Assembly: GCF_009914755.1 (NCBI RefSeq)
Contig: NC_060936.1
Strand: one strand, 5' to 3'
From: the human T2T-CHM13v2.0 reference genome, Homo sapiens
Length of the DNA: 64,000 nucleotides
In this document: positions 36,756-50,757 of the stretch, one piece after another
Layout: the number at the start of each line of letters is the position of its first letter
How positions within the stretch are numbered: position 1 is the stretch's first letter
Translations under genes and position numbers: made by a program
Notes under the pieces: generated by a model
Seen by the model: the letters and a program-made list of their open reading frames with translations, nothing else
Told to the model about the DNA's origin: nothing
Database searches by the model: none

Positions 36756-38581
36756 CTATGGCAGGGAGTTGATGAGACTTTGAATTTTGAATTGGTGGGG
36801 GAAAAAGTGATCTGAAAAAAAAATGGATTGGGACATGTCTCTGGAGGTGGTTTATGAAGAGGCTATGAGCACTGATTCTGAAACAAGCTGTTGAGGTTTC
36901 AATCCTGGCTCCACTATTTATTCCCTGTGTGATTTTGGACAAGTTGCTCAAGTTGCCTCACACCTGAAGAAAAATGATAACACTTTCTAGGGTTGTTATG
37001 AGGGTTGAATGACTGGATGCTTATAAAACATGTAAAACTTTTCCTAGCACATAAAAAGTACTACACAAAAATTTGTTAAAAGAAAATTGTAAAAATTGAT
37101 CATGTAACCAAAACACTTTTGAAGTTTCTACTTTTAGTGAGTTTCACAAGCTCAGGGGAGAGTGTTCAGTGAAAGGAAACAATCTCTTCTCATCTTTCTT
37201 CTCCCATCATTTTTTTCTCCTATCTTCAGAGTACTGTATTGTTGTCTCTTTATACTAAAAACAATTCTGTTTATTCAAAAAAAGTACCTCAAGAAGCAAG
37301 TATAGTGTTTCCCAGGTATTTTCTTAAAAGTAATTTCATCATGTCTTTTCATGTATATATTCATGTCTATTTTCCCACTTAAGATTGGTCCCAATGTTTT
37401 CTTTCTTTCAGAGAGAACATTAAAAATGTTAGGAAACTGAGGTGCAAGGATTGCTGGAGGCCAGGAGTTCGAAACCAGCCTGGGCAACATAGTGAGACAC
37501 CCATCTCTACAAAAAAATTTAAGAATAAGCCCCACATGGTGGTGTGCTCCGCTTGTAGTTCTAGTTACTGAACTCCCACCTCGGCAACAGAGCGAGACCG
37601 TCTTAAAAAAAGTATGTGGAAGAAAAAACATGCACAGTAGATTTAGTGTTATTGTGATAACCCTAGCACTTCAGTGGAAAAAATATAAACAATTTCAATG
37701 AGTAGACAATAACACATATAACCAAGATTTCAAATATACCTTCTAGCCCTTTTGAGAAGTCAAAATTGAACAACCTGAATGTACCAGCTTTTTTGAAAAA
37801 AGTTTTGTAGACACGCGATCCCCAAAACCTGCCGTTCAAACAACTCCAAGGGTCTTTAAAGTACTAAATCCCTTTGTATTTGTCCTATCGGTCCCTTTGG
37901 TTTCCAGGAAAGCATTAAAAATAAAAATAAAAACTCTCTGCCTTAATTTTATTTCACGACTTTCTTTTCTCTTATTATAGCTTTCCACATTGCTTTAGAA
38001 GAGTTTACATCTAACTCTAGTGGTCTTCGGCTTCTTCTCCCTCTTTGACACAGAGGACTAGTTTCAATTGTACAAATAGGCTGGACGCTTCAGCGATTAT
38101 CTTCCGACCACTCCCTGTGTGCTCGCGCGGGCGGAGTAGGGGGCGCTTCTCCACTCTCCGCGACCTCAATGTATGCGGAAATCCTCCTGCCTTTGTGCAC
38201 ACGTTTATTTAGAAAATTCTCTCCACCCCCACTCCCGTCCGTCCCGCCCCTTCTTCTTTTGCTTATTCTCTGAGTTTTGCCTCTCCTCCCACCCCGACTC
38301 CACCGTAATCTTAACCTACCCGTACAGATTCCACTTTCCCACTTCGGAGCTAGAGTAATTTAAGATCCCCCCATTATTAGCTCCACGTCGCCTTTAAAAG
38401 CCATTCAAACGAGTTCGCCTTCCAGGGTTCTGCAGTTGTGCTGCAGCAGCATTTCCCTCCTCTCCAGTATCAGACGTTAAAACAAAGCAAGCCACAGTGT
38501 GTGTCCACAGACGACCTTGGAACGAAAAGCTGCCCTGTTTGGGATCAATGCTCAGGGAACCCAGTCCACTCCCGCACTCAC

Positions 38582-38650
38582 GTGTTCCCGCCTTGCCCTC
38601 CAGCTAGTTCCCCCGCGCGCAGGATCGCACTACTCCCTCTGCAGTCTCGC
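38582..38650 (-). ncRNA. Candidate first exon of the divergent transcript (PLEKHA8P1 by recalled locus context)
   Basis: Minus-strand donor CAC|GTGAGT (plus strand ACTCAC 38576-38581) at the island edge. Gene identity and TSS come from memory of the locus, not from the sequence. Confidence 0.35.
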
Positions 38651-38963
38651 CTGCCGACTTCCTTCTGCGCGCCTCGTAAAACCGGGGAAGTTCAATCATT
38701 CCGCAGCGAGCCGCGGCGGCCGCACTGGGCATGCTCAGTCTCCGGGCTCCGCTCGGCAGGCGAGAGGCGTCCTCCGGCTCTGGGCTCCGGTCGGTGGGTG
38801 CCTCGGCTCGGCTTTCCCCGGCGCTGGCTGGGCTCAGCGGCCCCTGAGCCCAAGCGACACACGCCCCGCGGTCCCCGATCCGGCCCCTGGGAGAGCCGCG
38901 CCGTTCTGGAACCCGGGAGCCCCCAACTTCGCGCCAAGTTCGGAGCCGCCTTCTGAGGGAGAC

Positions 38964-39033
38964 ATGAAAAAGATGAGCAGGAATGTTTTGCTACAAATGG
39001 AGGAGGAGGAGGACGACGACGATGGGGATATCG
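38964..39033 (+). CDS. ANO6: Anoctamin-6 (TMEM16F, Ca2+-activated phospholipid scramblase), coding part of exon 1
   Basis: ATG at 38964 gives MKKMSRNVLLQMEEEEDDDDGDI, which I recognise as the human ANO6 N-terminus. 23 codons plus G are followed by a GTGAGC donor at 39034 (phase 1, fitting the known continuation VLENLG). Lies in a CpG island. Confidence 0.96.
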
Positions 39034-41014
39034 GTGAGCGAGGGGTCCCCGCGTCCCCACCCGAGAGCCCGAGCCGACGCGGGAAGAAGTTCGGGGACTG
39101 CGCGGGGGCGCTGTGCTCTCCGCGGGGGAGGTTGGCCGAGACGCTCGGCCGCTCCGGGCAGGGGAGGAAGCCCGCTGTCCCCGGCTGCTTGCAGACTGAG
39201 GCCCCGGTGCGGCCCCTGCGGGGCTGAGGCGCGGGGCGCGTGGTGGCCCCGAGGACAGGCTCCTGACGGGCGGGGGATGCTGCCCCTGAAAAGCCTGGCA
39301 GCTGCGGGGACGCCTCTGCGTGCGGAAGTCTCCACTCAGAAGCAACTTTGGGGTCACTTCCCCGACTCGCAGAGTGCTAGGGTTGCCCAGGAGCCTCGGC
39401 ACTGGGGCGAGCCCCCTGGGCGGGGTCCGGGGAGCAGGCCCGCATTTGGAGGACAGGGTGTGACCCATCTGAATCCTCGTTAAAGTAAAAGCCGACCGAC
39501 GGCTCTGGGAGGTTTGAGGCCTGGCGGGGCGGCCCCGGGAAGTGATTTGTGGCCGCTAGGCGCGCGCTGGAAACCCTTTCCCATCTGCGGAGCCCACCGG
39601 AGCTGTGATCGGAGGAGGAATTCCCCCAGGCAGGGAGGACCGCAGGGCCTTTTTCACTCGTCCTGAGGGGCCCTGGGGCTTGGGGAGCAAACCTGGGGTG
39701 ACCCATTTCTAGTTAGAGTTAAAAATGCATGGAAGTGACAAGACGAACGGAGGGAGAGCTGTTTTAAGAGCAAAAAAAGAAAAAAAGGGCAAACAAAAGG
39801 GATGAGAGGAGGTGAGGAAGGGGAAAGGAATGAGAGGACTAGAGAGAAAATCAGGTCCCTAAAGAGAACACTGTCGGGGGATGATGATATAATGTGTCCC
39901 TCCAGAAGACTCTAATTAAATTACCAAGCCAGTCTGTTGTGGCGACTCGGCTTAGTCTCCTGGATGCCAAATCAATTTTAAAGCAGAACATCCTGCTGAT
40001 GTTCTAAAGCCCTGTTGTTATCTAATAACTTTAAAAGTAACTTAATTTTAGGAGTTGGGTGTGGTTTTTATTTCTGTTACATTTTGGGCACGGAATATTT
40101 CGATCAAAAAAATTTGGTAACTTCTTGGTTGTCCAGGGACAAATCGAATAGAGGAGATTACACTCCATGATTTAGTTTCACATTTCATTCATTCATTTAA
40201 GAACAATTTACTAGTTATTCATCTTTAAGGAGAGAGCAAATAGTAGTAGTTTTTATAGGAGAGAAAACTGAAGCGCACAGGTTGGTCTGCCCAGCTTCTC
40301 ACACTTTCAAACCCAGGTTTTCTGACTTGTAAAACCAGTGAAGATTAATGCTCTTACCACTGGGTCACTCTGGCTGTTACTACTGTTTAGCAAGATTAAG
40401 TAGTACCTGATGATTACATAAAAATATAGGAGTGAAATTTAAAAAGTTACAATAAAATTGACACAGTCTGTTTCCCAGGAAAGTATTATTGTCTTTTATG
40501 GTGAGCTGCACTGTTTATAATGAGTATTGTAAGTAAATAAGGGCAGAAGCTCAAATGGAAACTGAAGTAAGCAAGAGGCTCTGAGCTTTGTTTTACTGTG
40601 CCAGCAGTAGATCTCAGTTTAGAAAGTAATTTGGTCTAGTCTGTGTTTACCTATTGAGGCATCGTATAAATTCATCTTAAGCGTGTGGCAGTAAGCTCTT
40701 TTTATTTTTAATGACATGTCATTCATGCTAGTTTTGTCCAGTCAAACAGTGTAGATAGACTTAAGAAAAAGTTAAATATCTCTACTCCTCCCCACCCTCT
40801 AGAAACTACTAATACTAATACTTTAGTGTTAATATTAGTAGGGCATTTCCCACTATTCCTGTGGGGCCCTGGGGTCTCTACTGTAGGGGTCATCTCAACA
40901 TATTTTACGTCAAGCAGCAGGTACCATTTAAACAGGTCTTGGCAATATTTTTTTCTTCTCAGTGAATGAAAAGATATGCTGATGTTCTAACACCCAGTAT
41001 CTATGAATGTGATT

Positions 41015-42286
41015 TCTGTTTCTTTCTTTCTCTTTTTTTTTTTTTTTTTTTTTTGAGATAGGGTCTCGCTCTGTCGTTTAGGCTAGAGTGCAGTGATGTG
41101 GTCATGGCTTATTACAGCCTCGACCTACGGGGCTCAAGCGATCCTCCCACTTAAGCCTCCCAAGTAGCTGGGACTTTAGGCACCACCATATCCACCTAGT
41201 TGGTTGTTTTTTTGGAAGTACAAATTTAATGTGGGTTGTAGTGATTTTATATCAGAAAATACTTAACTATGCCAATGTTAAGTTTATGCCTTTACAAAAG
41301 AATAAGCCTTTTTAAAGATTACCAGGAGTAGGCTGATAGTGGTCCAAAGCCTTTTACAAAATAATTATTATTTCCAACTGTGGGAGAGGAGACTGGTGAA
41401 ATGAAGATAATTTTAACCTCTGCCTTTAATTTTGCAATGCACGTCTGTATTTACGCTATTAACTAATATTTCTCCTAGTACTTGATTGTCACTGTCAGTA
41501 GTTGTATAATAGTTTGAAACCCACTTGGGTACGGAAGATTTCTGTGAAATCCCTCTATTAATATTACCTTTATAATTCAGACTGGGAGAATTATTTTTAG
41601 AGACAGGGTCTTGCTCTGTCACCTAGGCTAGAGTGTAGTGGCAAGATCATAGTTCGCTGCAGTCTTGAACTCCTGGCCTCTAGCCATTCTGCTGCCTTTG
41701 CTTCCCAAAGCTCTGGGATTACAGGCATGAGCCACTGTACCCAGCCTTAGAATTATTTTGACACGAGTTCCTGGGTATACCATTGGGCGTTATAATGGCC
41801 TAATTTGCAAGAGACCTCCCCCTCCCCCCAAAAAAAAACTTTCTAACTGGATGGGGTCCCTGATTATATCATAGAGATGCTTTATGTATGTATATGGAAA
41901 TGTGCCCTCTAGTAGCTGGAATTTAGAGCCTTTTAAACAGTGGGTTCCTGCTTACTTTTGAAACACTGTATTTTTATTGTACTTTTATTTATTCATTTAG
42001 AGACAGGGTCTCCCTCTGTCAGGCTGGAGTGCAGTGACGCAGTCACAGCTCACTGCAGCCTTGACTTCCCAGGCTCAAGCAATTCTCCAACCTTAGCCTC
42101 TTGAGTAGCTGGGACCACAGGCCTTGTGACACCATGCCTGGCCAATTTTTTTTTTTTTTTTTTTTTTTGGTAGAGACAAGGTCTCACTGTTGCCCAGACT
42201 GGTTTCAAACTCCTGAGCTTAAGTGATTATCCTACCTCGGCTTCCCAAAGTGCTGGGATTACAGGTGTGAGCCACCATGCCTGGCT
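41015..42286 (-). mobile_element. Cluster of three antisense AluJ/FLAM elements (~41015-41210, 41593-41746, 41985-42286)
   Basis: Poly-T followed by GAGA(C/T)AGGGTCT starts and Alu bodies. Confidence 0.88.
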
Positions 42287-43266
42287 GTTCAGTACTTTAT
42301 GTCAGTGTTGCCTCCTAGTTTAGAATGAACTGATCTGGAGAATCAAGGATAGTACATCTCACTATGGATGTCTTTTCCTTGTTTGTTTAAGTTACAGCCA
42401 GCAGAAATTATTTCCAAAGGCGTGCTTGTGTGGCAACCTGTTGGCATTAGAGCATTTTTGCAATAGGCCACTTATTTCTAAAGCAGAGCCAACAACCAAC
42501 CACTGAAGCCACATCCAGGCAGTAGTAGTGGGAAATGTGTGGTTTGAAGCCCCTGTTGTGCTGGTGGAGATCACATATTGTTGCAAGCCCCTGGGAGTTA
42601 GGTTGTGTGCTACCCTGCCAAGTGTGCAAAAGAGTGTCCTTGGCTGCTTTTCGCCCCCTCATCAGCGGATTAAATTCAGCATCTCTTCTTGTTCATGTAG
42701 AATGCTATAGGAACAGCTTTTGTAGCCAGAATGCAGAAATCAGATTAGTATGCTGCTTTATTTTGTTTCTTCAATTCTGTTCTCTGTGGTCAAGCTTTGC
42801 TGAAGGAGGAAAAGTGGTTCCAAAAAAGACTATCAGGAACTATTCAGACTGTTCAGATAATGAGGTTTTGTTTGTGGATGGTTGGTTGGTTGCTTTGAGT
42901 TCCTAGTCTGTTTATGGTAGTTTACTGTCTGATCCCCATCACTAATGGTCATGTATGTCATTGAGGGGTAGACAGAGGACATGGTCCATTACCTTTGAGA
43001 GATAATGATCCAGCTATTGGCTCCCTTTTCAACTGTCACATTTTTACATAGACTTATCTTCCCACACCCACCTCTCTTTCCTTATTACCTACTTCAGGTT
43101 TAATCACCTATAAATCTGATACTAGCCCCAGTCTTCCTTCATAAACATTGATTGAGCAATCCTTCTGTGCTAGTTTCAGGATTAGGTGCTGGGTCAGGTG
43201 TTGGGAGACTGAAAATGAGTAAGACATACCTGTGTCTTCCAGGAGAAAAGTTCCTTAGAACCAGAC

Positions 43267-43938
43267 TGTGATATTGTGAAATATATAAGGCATTCTTCCA
43301 GTTTCTTGGCATGCAACTCCTAAAACTTTTGGAATTTTCAAAGTGGTAAGTGTCTTTTTGTATGCTAATAAGTTGACAGATGGCTGGCAGCCCCTAGGTA
43401 GCTTCCTGATGGGGGCTGGTCACTGGAAAGACCAAGGCAGGATTAAAGGTTTGGACTTCCAGCCCCATCTACCAACCTGAAGAGGGGTAAGAGCCAGGCT
43501 GAAGGTTAAGCTGATCACCAGTGGCTAATGATTTAATCAATCATGCCTATGTAATAAAGCCTCCATAAGAACCCAAAAATTCTGTGCGCTGCCCTGGCAA
43601 ATTAATGGAACCCAAAGAGGGTGTTGCAAGAACCTCAATTTGTAGCCGGTGGGTCAGAAACCCAGGCAAAACAACCTGGGGCCTGTGATTGGTGTCGGAA
43701 GTGGGGGGGGGCAGCCTTGTAGGACTGAGCCCTCAATCTGAGCTCTGAGGCTTACTGCAGGTGGATAGTATCCGAATTGAGTTGATTTAGAGGACGCCCA
43801 GCTGGCGTTCATTGCTGAACAACTACTTGCTTGTCATGTGGGAAGAACTCTTCCCACATCTGGTGATAAACGTATTCTGTGTTGATTGTATTGAGAGTAC
43901 AGAAGGAGAACCTGAGTTTGGTTTTCTCTGCATCATCA
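43267..43938 (+). mobile_element. MER21B-like LTR with internal deletion
   Basis: TGTGATATTGTGAAATATAT start; GGGGCTGGTCACTGGAAAGACCAAGGCAGGATTA; GATTTAATCAATCATGCCTATGTAAT. Confidence 0.8.
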
Positions 43939-44473
43939 GACAGAGATTTGCAATAAAAGGTACATATAAAACTGAAGGGAGAGACTGGGAGAGAGCTTCA
44001 CAGAAGAGATTTTTGGGTCAGATGCTGAAAGACTAGGAAAATGTAGTGCAGAGATGGCCGGAGGAGAGTCTGGAGTTCCAAATAGTTGCCTGCTAGGGAA
44101 GGCAGGGAGAGGCTATGCCGTGAAGGATCCTCCATACACTTTAAGGATTTTGGGTTTTACTCTGTATGTGATTTGGAGCTCCTGAAGGATGTTAATGAAA
44201 AGAGTGATAGGATTGGATTTGCTTTTGGAAAGATCTCCATGGTAGCACGTTCTAAAATGGGTTGGGAAAGGAGACAGTAGAGCTAAGCCTTTCCAGTAGT
44301 TGGGGTCAGAAATGCCTGCAGTGGTCATGGAATAGAGAAGAATGGGTCTGACAGCTTTATGAAAGAGGCGCCATCTGTGGGTTCTCAGCTGCTGATTGTT
44401 TCCGGCAAGCAGAGAGGAGCCCAGGATGATGGTGGCAGGAGGAGAGAATTTTCTGTTCCAACTAGTCTTTTAA

Positions 44474-45099
<626 letters not shown>

Positions 45100-45157
45100 A
45101 GACCATTCCCCTTCATAGTAATTTCAGCCTCACCTCCTCTTTTTCTCAGTGGTTCCC

Positions 45158-46133
45158 TGTGATATTATGACACATATGTTTTTGTCCATGGTTCCTGGCT
45201 TATAACTACCATAACTCTTGCTATAATGTTGGGGTGCTTTAGGCCTCAGAAGCAGAAGCAGGCCTCAGAAAACAATCTCCATCTTTGACCTGCCCTATTT
45301 TTACCTTTGTCTCTCCAATTTTAGAAACTAAAACTATAATCTTTCCCCATCTTTCTGTGTGAGAACTGCCCATAAAGAAATTCTCCCATCTACCTTGTCT
45401 GAATGTAGGCCATAAGACCCCCATTTCAGAAGGGATCCTGCCCCATACCCTGGAGGAAGGAATGCTGCACAGAGATGCCAGAAAAATCTGATCAGACAGG
45501 CCTTGCTGGGTTTCCCCATTCAGTCTATTAGTATTAAATCGTATGCTTTTTGTCCAATCACTTTTCAACATGGTTCAATCATGACTATCCAATGAAGTCT
45601 CCATAAAGGTCCAAGAGGACTGGTTCAGGGAGTTTCTGGATAGCTGAACAGTGGAGGTACCTGAAGGTAGCTTGCCCTGGGAGGGCGTGAAAACTCAGTG
45701 CCTTTTCCCGCATACCTCACTCTATGCATCTCTTCATCTTTATCTTTTATAATAAACTGGTAAACGGGAAGTGTTTCCCTGAGTTCCCCAAGCCACTACA
45801 GCAAATTAATGGAACCCAAGGAGGGTGTCGTGGGAACCCCAATTTATAAACAGTTCATCAGAAGCATAGGTAAAATGACCCGGGGCTTGTGATTGGCATC
45901 AGAAGTAGTGGGGGGCAATTTTGTGGGACTGAACCCTTAACTGTGGGATCTGACACCATCTCCAGGTAAATAGTGTCAGAATTCACTTGGAGGATACCCA
46001 GCTGGTATCCACTGCAGAATTGATTGCTTGCTTGTTGCTGGGGAGAAATCCTTGCACATTTGGTCACTGAAGTCTTCTGTGTTGATTGTTGAATAAGAGA
46101 ATAGAAAAAACACTTAGTGTTTTTCTGCTCACA
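45158..46133 (+). mobile_element. MER21A-like LTR
   Basis: TGTGATATTATGA start; 3' half homologous to the 43.3-kb LTR (GCAAATTAATGGAACCCAA, GTGATTGGCATCAGAAGT). Confidence 0.8.
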
Positions 46134-47551
46134 GCCTCCCTCCCCTCCCAAGTCTGTCACAAACCCAGAAAGTTGTTAATGATCCTCTTAGCCCAAAGTG
46201 CTCACAATGAATTCTCACTTATTTTTTTGTTCTATGCAGTTAGCATTCATCCTGTATTTTGTCTTTGTTATTCATTATCTTTGCGTTTATCATTCCCATA
46301 ACCATAGTGTACATTTCTTGGTGACTGGCCTAGGTTATTTAAGTCTTCTAGAGATCATGCAAAATATCTTAAATATTGTACATATTCCATTGCTATAATT
46401 TTTAAGAGTTGTCTCTTTTCCTCATTCTCCTCTAAAATGTAAGCTCCCTGAAGACTGGTACCTTGTGTGTTTTGTGTTTTAAGCTGTGTCCCTCATGGCA
46501 CCTTGGTAGGAGCCAAGCAAGTAATTGTGGAAGGAATGGATGATTTATTCTTCTAAGATAACTTGATTAACATAATGCCTAGTGGTTTTATGGCCCTAGT
46601 AGAATTTTCTTCTTCTGTGGCACTTTGAGATACCCCCAGTTATCTGTTCTAAAAATGCTGAGTGTATGTATTTTACCAGGCACTCTGCTAGGTTCCAGGT
46701 TCACTGTTCTCTAGTACCTCACTGTCTAGAAAGGAAACGGATAATTTCAGTAACTTGTGATTAATACTGTAATCAAGATCTGTACCAGGTTCAGTGGTGA
46801 TACCAAGGAGAAAGCACGTGACCTTGCCTAGGGGAATCCAGGACAGCTCTATTGGGGCAGCACCTGAGCCAGCCCTGTTGGGATGAAAAGACAGGTGAGG
46901 GCATGGGGCTAGGACAGCAGAGCGTCCTGAGTGTTTCTAAAGGCATGATGATTTCTCAAAAATTAAATCTTGATACACCCTGGCCTTATTCACGATGGCA
47001 AGGGGATCATGTTGTGTACATATCATAAATATATACACATGTATAAATATGTATACATTATATATACATATGTGTGTGTGTGTCTGTATGCACACTCTCT
47101 ACCAAGGAGATGACAGCTAAAAACAAAGCAAACTATCCTCAAACTCTCTTTTAGAATAGTCTTGCTTCTTTTTATAAACCTTTTGTTATTTTCAGTTTCA
47201 AGTCCACAGACATGATTTATCTTGCACATTCTTTCAAGTCAAATAATAGCTTTCCAAAAGGTCCTCCAGTATCCTCTTAAAATACTTTATTTGGTTCTGA
47301 GACAAACACAGCTCTAAAAGAATAAGAGTTACTCTTACTTAATTTGTATTTTAGCTGTATACACACTCGTCTTTTCTCAAGGGGTTGCAGCAGTCACATA
47401 TGTCGATTGCTCTACATTTATTATTTTTTCTTTTGGGAGCCTAGAAATTTAGACCAAATGCTCCTATGAAAATTTCCATCAGTTATATGGGATTTTAATT
47501 CTGATATTCTTGAAGGGAGATTATAAAGGATTAAGAATACCGGAAATAAAG

Positions 47552-47845
47552 GGCCGGACATGATGGGTCATGCCTATTATCTCAGCACTTTGGGAGGCCA
47601 AGGTGGGAATATTGCTTGAGCGAAAGAGTTTGAAACCAGCCTGGGAAACATACTAAGACCCAATCTATACAAAAACTGCAAAAATCAGTTGGGCATGGCA
47701 CATGCCTGTGGTGCCAGCTGCTTTGGAGGCTGAGGTGGAAGATTCAATTGAACCCAGGAAGCCAAGGCTGCAGTGAGCTGTCATTGTGCCACTGCAGTCC
47801 AGCCTGGGCAACAGAGACCCTGTCTCAAAAAAAAAAAAAAAAAAA
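47552..47845 (+). mobile_element. AluJ
   Basis: Diverged dimer with A tail. Confidence 0.9.
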
Positions 47846-47997
47846 CTCACGATTTGGCTTTAAATTAAAGGATGATATTGATCTCTTAGTGATATCTGTA
47901 GCAGATGATTAAAATGATTGTATTTTAATAAGTTTTCACTCTAATCCTTTAGGTTTTCTTCTGTTACACTTTACTTGGTGTGTATTTTGTATTTTAG

Positions 47998-48416
<419 letters not shown>

Positions 48417-49612
48417 ACATTTTTAGATTTTAATGGAAGCTTTGCATGCCATATGATTTAAGCTGTCTGATTATAATGAATTCAGGGCTGGGTCTGTGCA
48501 AGAGTAGTCAATTTTAGAACAGAAAATATTTCCAATTACCTTTAGCCAACGAAATGTACTACTCAACTGATTGGTAAATCATATGTAAAGATACAGATTG
48601 AAGGAATTTTATTCAGCCAAATGATTGTCTTATGACATTATTTTTTTTTCTTTAGTTTTGTATTTTGGTCATTGCAACTAAAATTAATTAGCATCCATCC
48701 CAAAAAGCAGTTTGAAGAATACTGGTAGATGAGTATGTCAACAATAGAATATTTTGGACATGGACCAAAGAGCAATTCAAATACTGTTCAGCCAAAACAC
48801 ATCAGATGGAACACTTGCATAGAAGACAAGTTGAAGGGTTAATAGGCAACTTTCTCTGCCATGGTAATTATTATTGCCCTGGCTACATGTTTGAATACTA
48901 ATTGAAAGATCTTGCTGCAGTAAGTTATTCATCAGCCAGAAATACAAGTGAAAGAAAATGTATTCTTTTGTGAAGTCCAAATGTTGCTTTTATATCTAAT
49001 GCTTTCATAATAGTACATTGGAATTCTACTATTTCCCACACTATTTTAAAGTACAAATACTTGAAATTGAAAAAAAAAAAGGGACATTGGCACTTAAAGT
49101 TCTCTTTTCTAATATTTATTATAACTTTGGCAGAACTTTAGCCTTAGGTCAAAGCCATGCAAATAGATGTTCTTTTACAGAGTACAATTATGCAAATTAC
49201 AGGCTTATTTATAAAGCTTGTTTTATCTAAACTAAGATTTTGTTTATATAATTGAATTTTTTGTGATTTCTGTAGACATTCTATCTAGATGTTTGAAAAA
49301 TAATCTTTGGCTTTGCACAAACAAAATGATGGCTAAAGTTTTCTTGTGGTGTCACATAGTCACAGTCTTATACATGCTTTTTTTCTGATTTGTACTAAAT
49401 TTTTAAGAAAAATATATTTCCCACTAAATTCTAAAGAAAGATAATACATTTTCTCTGCATATGAAACTCAATAAGATCCTTAACATTATTTAAAAATTTT
49501 TATTATAATTTATATTATGATTTGAAACAATTGCATTGTTTCTTCCTATTAAACAAGCTGTGAATGCCTAAATTGCATAAAACATAAGATATTCTTTATT
49601 TAAAAAAATTAA

Positions 49613-49900
<288 letters not shown>

Positions 49901-50757
49901 ATACCCATAGTAAAGAAACCGTTTACTGATCTTAGATGCTGCTTAAGAAGAAAGAAAAGTAAAAGGAGGAAAGATGAACTTATATAGGTAATTGGCTGCT
50001 GTTGATATAGAGTGTTAAGGAGTGAAGAGGAAAGTCTTACGGTCAGATGACCTCAGTTTATGGTCACCTAGCACCTTGTGCCATGTCCCCTAGAATTGAT
50101 TGAATGACACAAGCTTCTCAGCCTCTCTGAGCCTGTTTCTTCAGTCCTGTGTGGTTGCTGGGAGGATGCGAGGTGGTATGCACAGTACTGGACAAGGGGC
50201 CCTTTTCACTTAGACACTTATGAGGGCAGTTACATTATCACCCTCATAATAAATTCTTTTTCTTTTTCTTTTTTTTTTAGATAAAACTGTCATGGAAACT
50301 GCTACTTTTAACTCCTGATCACTAAGTCTTTTCCCATCAAACATTGCTGTCCATTTTTGTTGCTTTCTATCATGTTATGCATATAGGAACTGCTCAATAG
50401 TGGTATTATGCCTGTAGGAACTGCTCAACAAGTGTAAGTGTCAGATTAAGGGTAATGACAGTGGCTGTGCTGCAGACACATGCATTTAAAGATAAAGGTG
50501 GTTGAAGAATTGCATGTGGTTTCTGCAAAGAGCAAAGCGATAATTATTGTGTGTGTTTTTTCCTATCTTGCAGATCTTTGGGCAGACTGACAATATTCTG
50601 TTGATGCCAAGAAACTATTTTAGGGGGAATCTCTTTCAGGGAAATCTTAGCAAAAGATCCTAGGGGCTGACACACAGTGGCTCCCAATAAATGGCTCATG
50701 AATGTAGGGATTATAGTTCCATCAGTGGTCCCTGTGGCCTATCCTATTCTCCTAGGC

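Larger units (their letters stand above)
38090..39700. promoter_or_regulatory. CpG island promoter of ANO6, probably bidirectional
   Basis: Sharp rise in GC and CpG. GC box GGGCGGAG ~38128, E-box CACGTG 38579-38584, NRF1-like TGGGCATGCTCA ~38726, ETS-like GGAAGT sites. No TATA box seen. Confidence 0.9.

Noticed and set aside
39034-39227. Read-through of ANO6 exon 1 (GERGVPASPP...) in the 242-aa ORF
   Set aside because: It is intronic sequence past a canonical donor and does not match the ANO6 protein as I know it.
38692-39468. 258-aa minus-strand ORF and other long ORFs over the CpG island
   Set aside because: Pro/Arg/Gly/Ser-rich with no recognisable domain. Stops are scarce in all frames of GC-rich DNA.
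50376-50428. ~31-bp imperfect tandem repeat (TAGGAACTGCTCAA)
   Set aside because: An ordinary short slippage duplication with no further structure.
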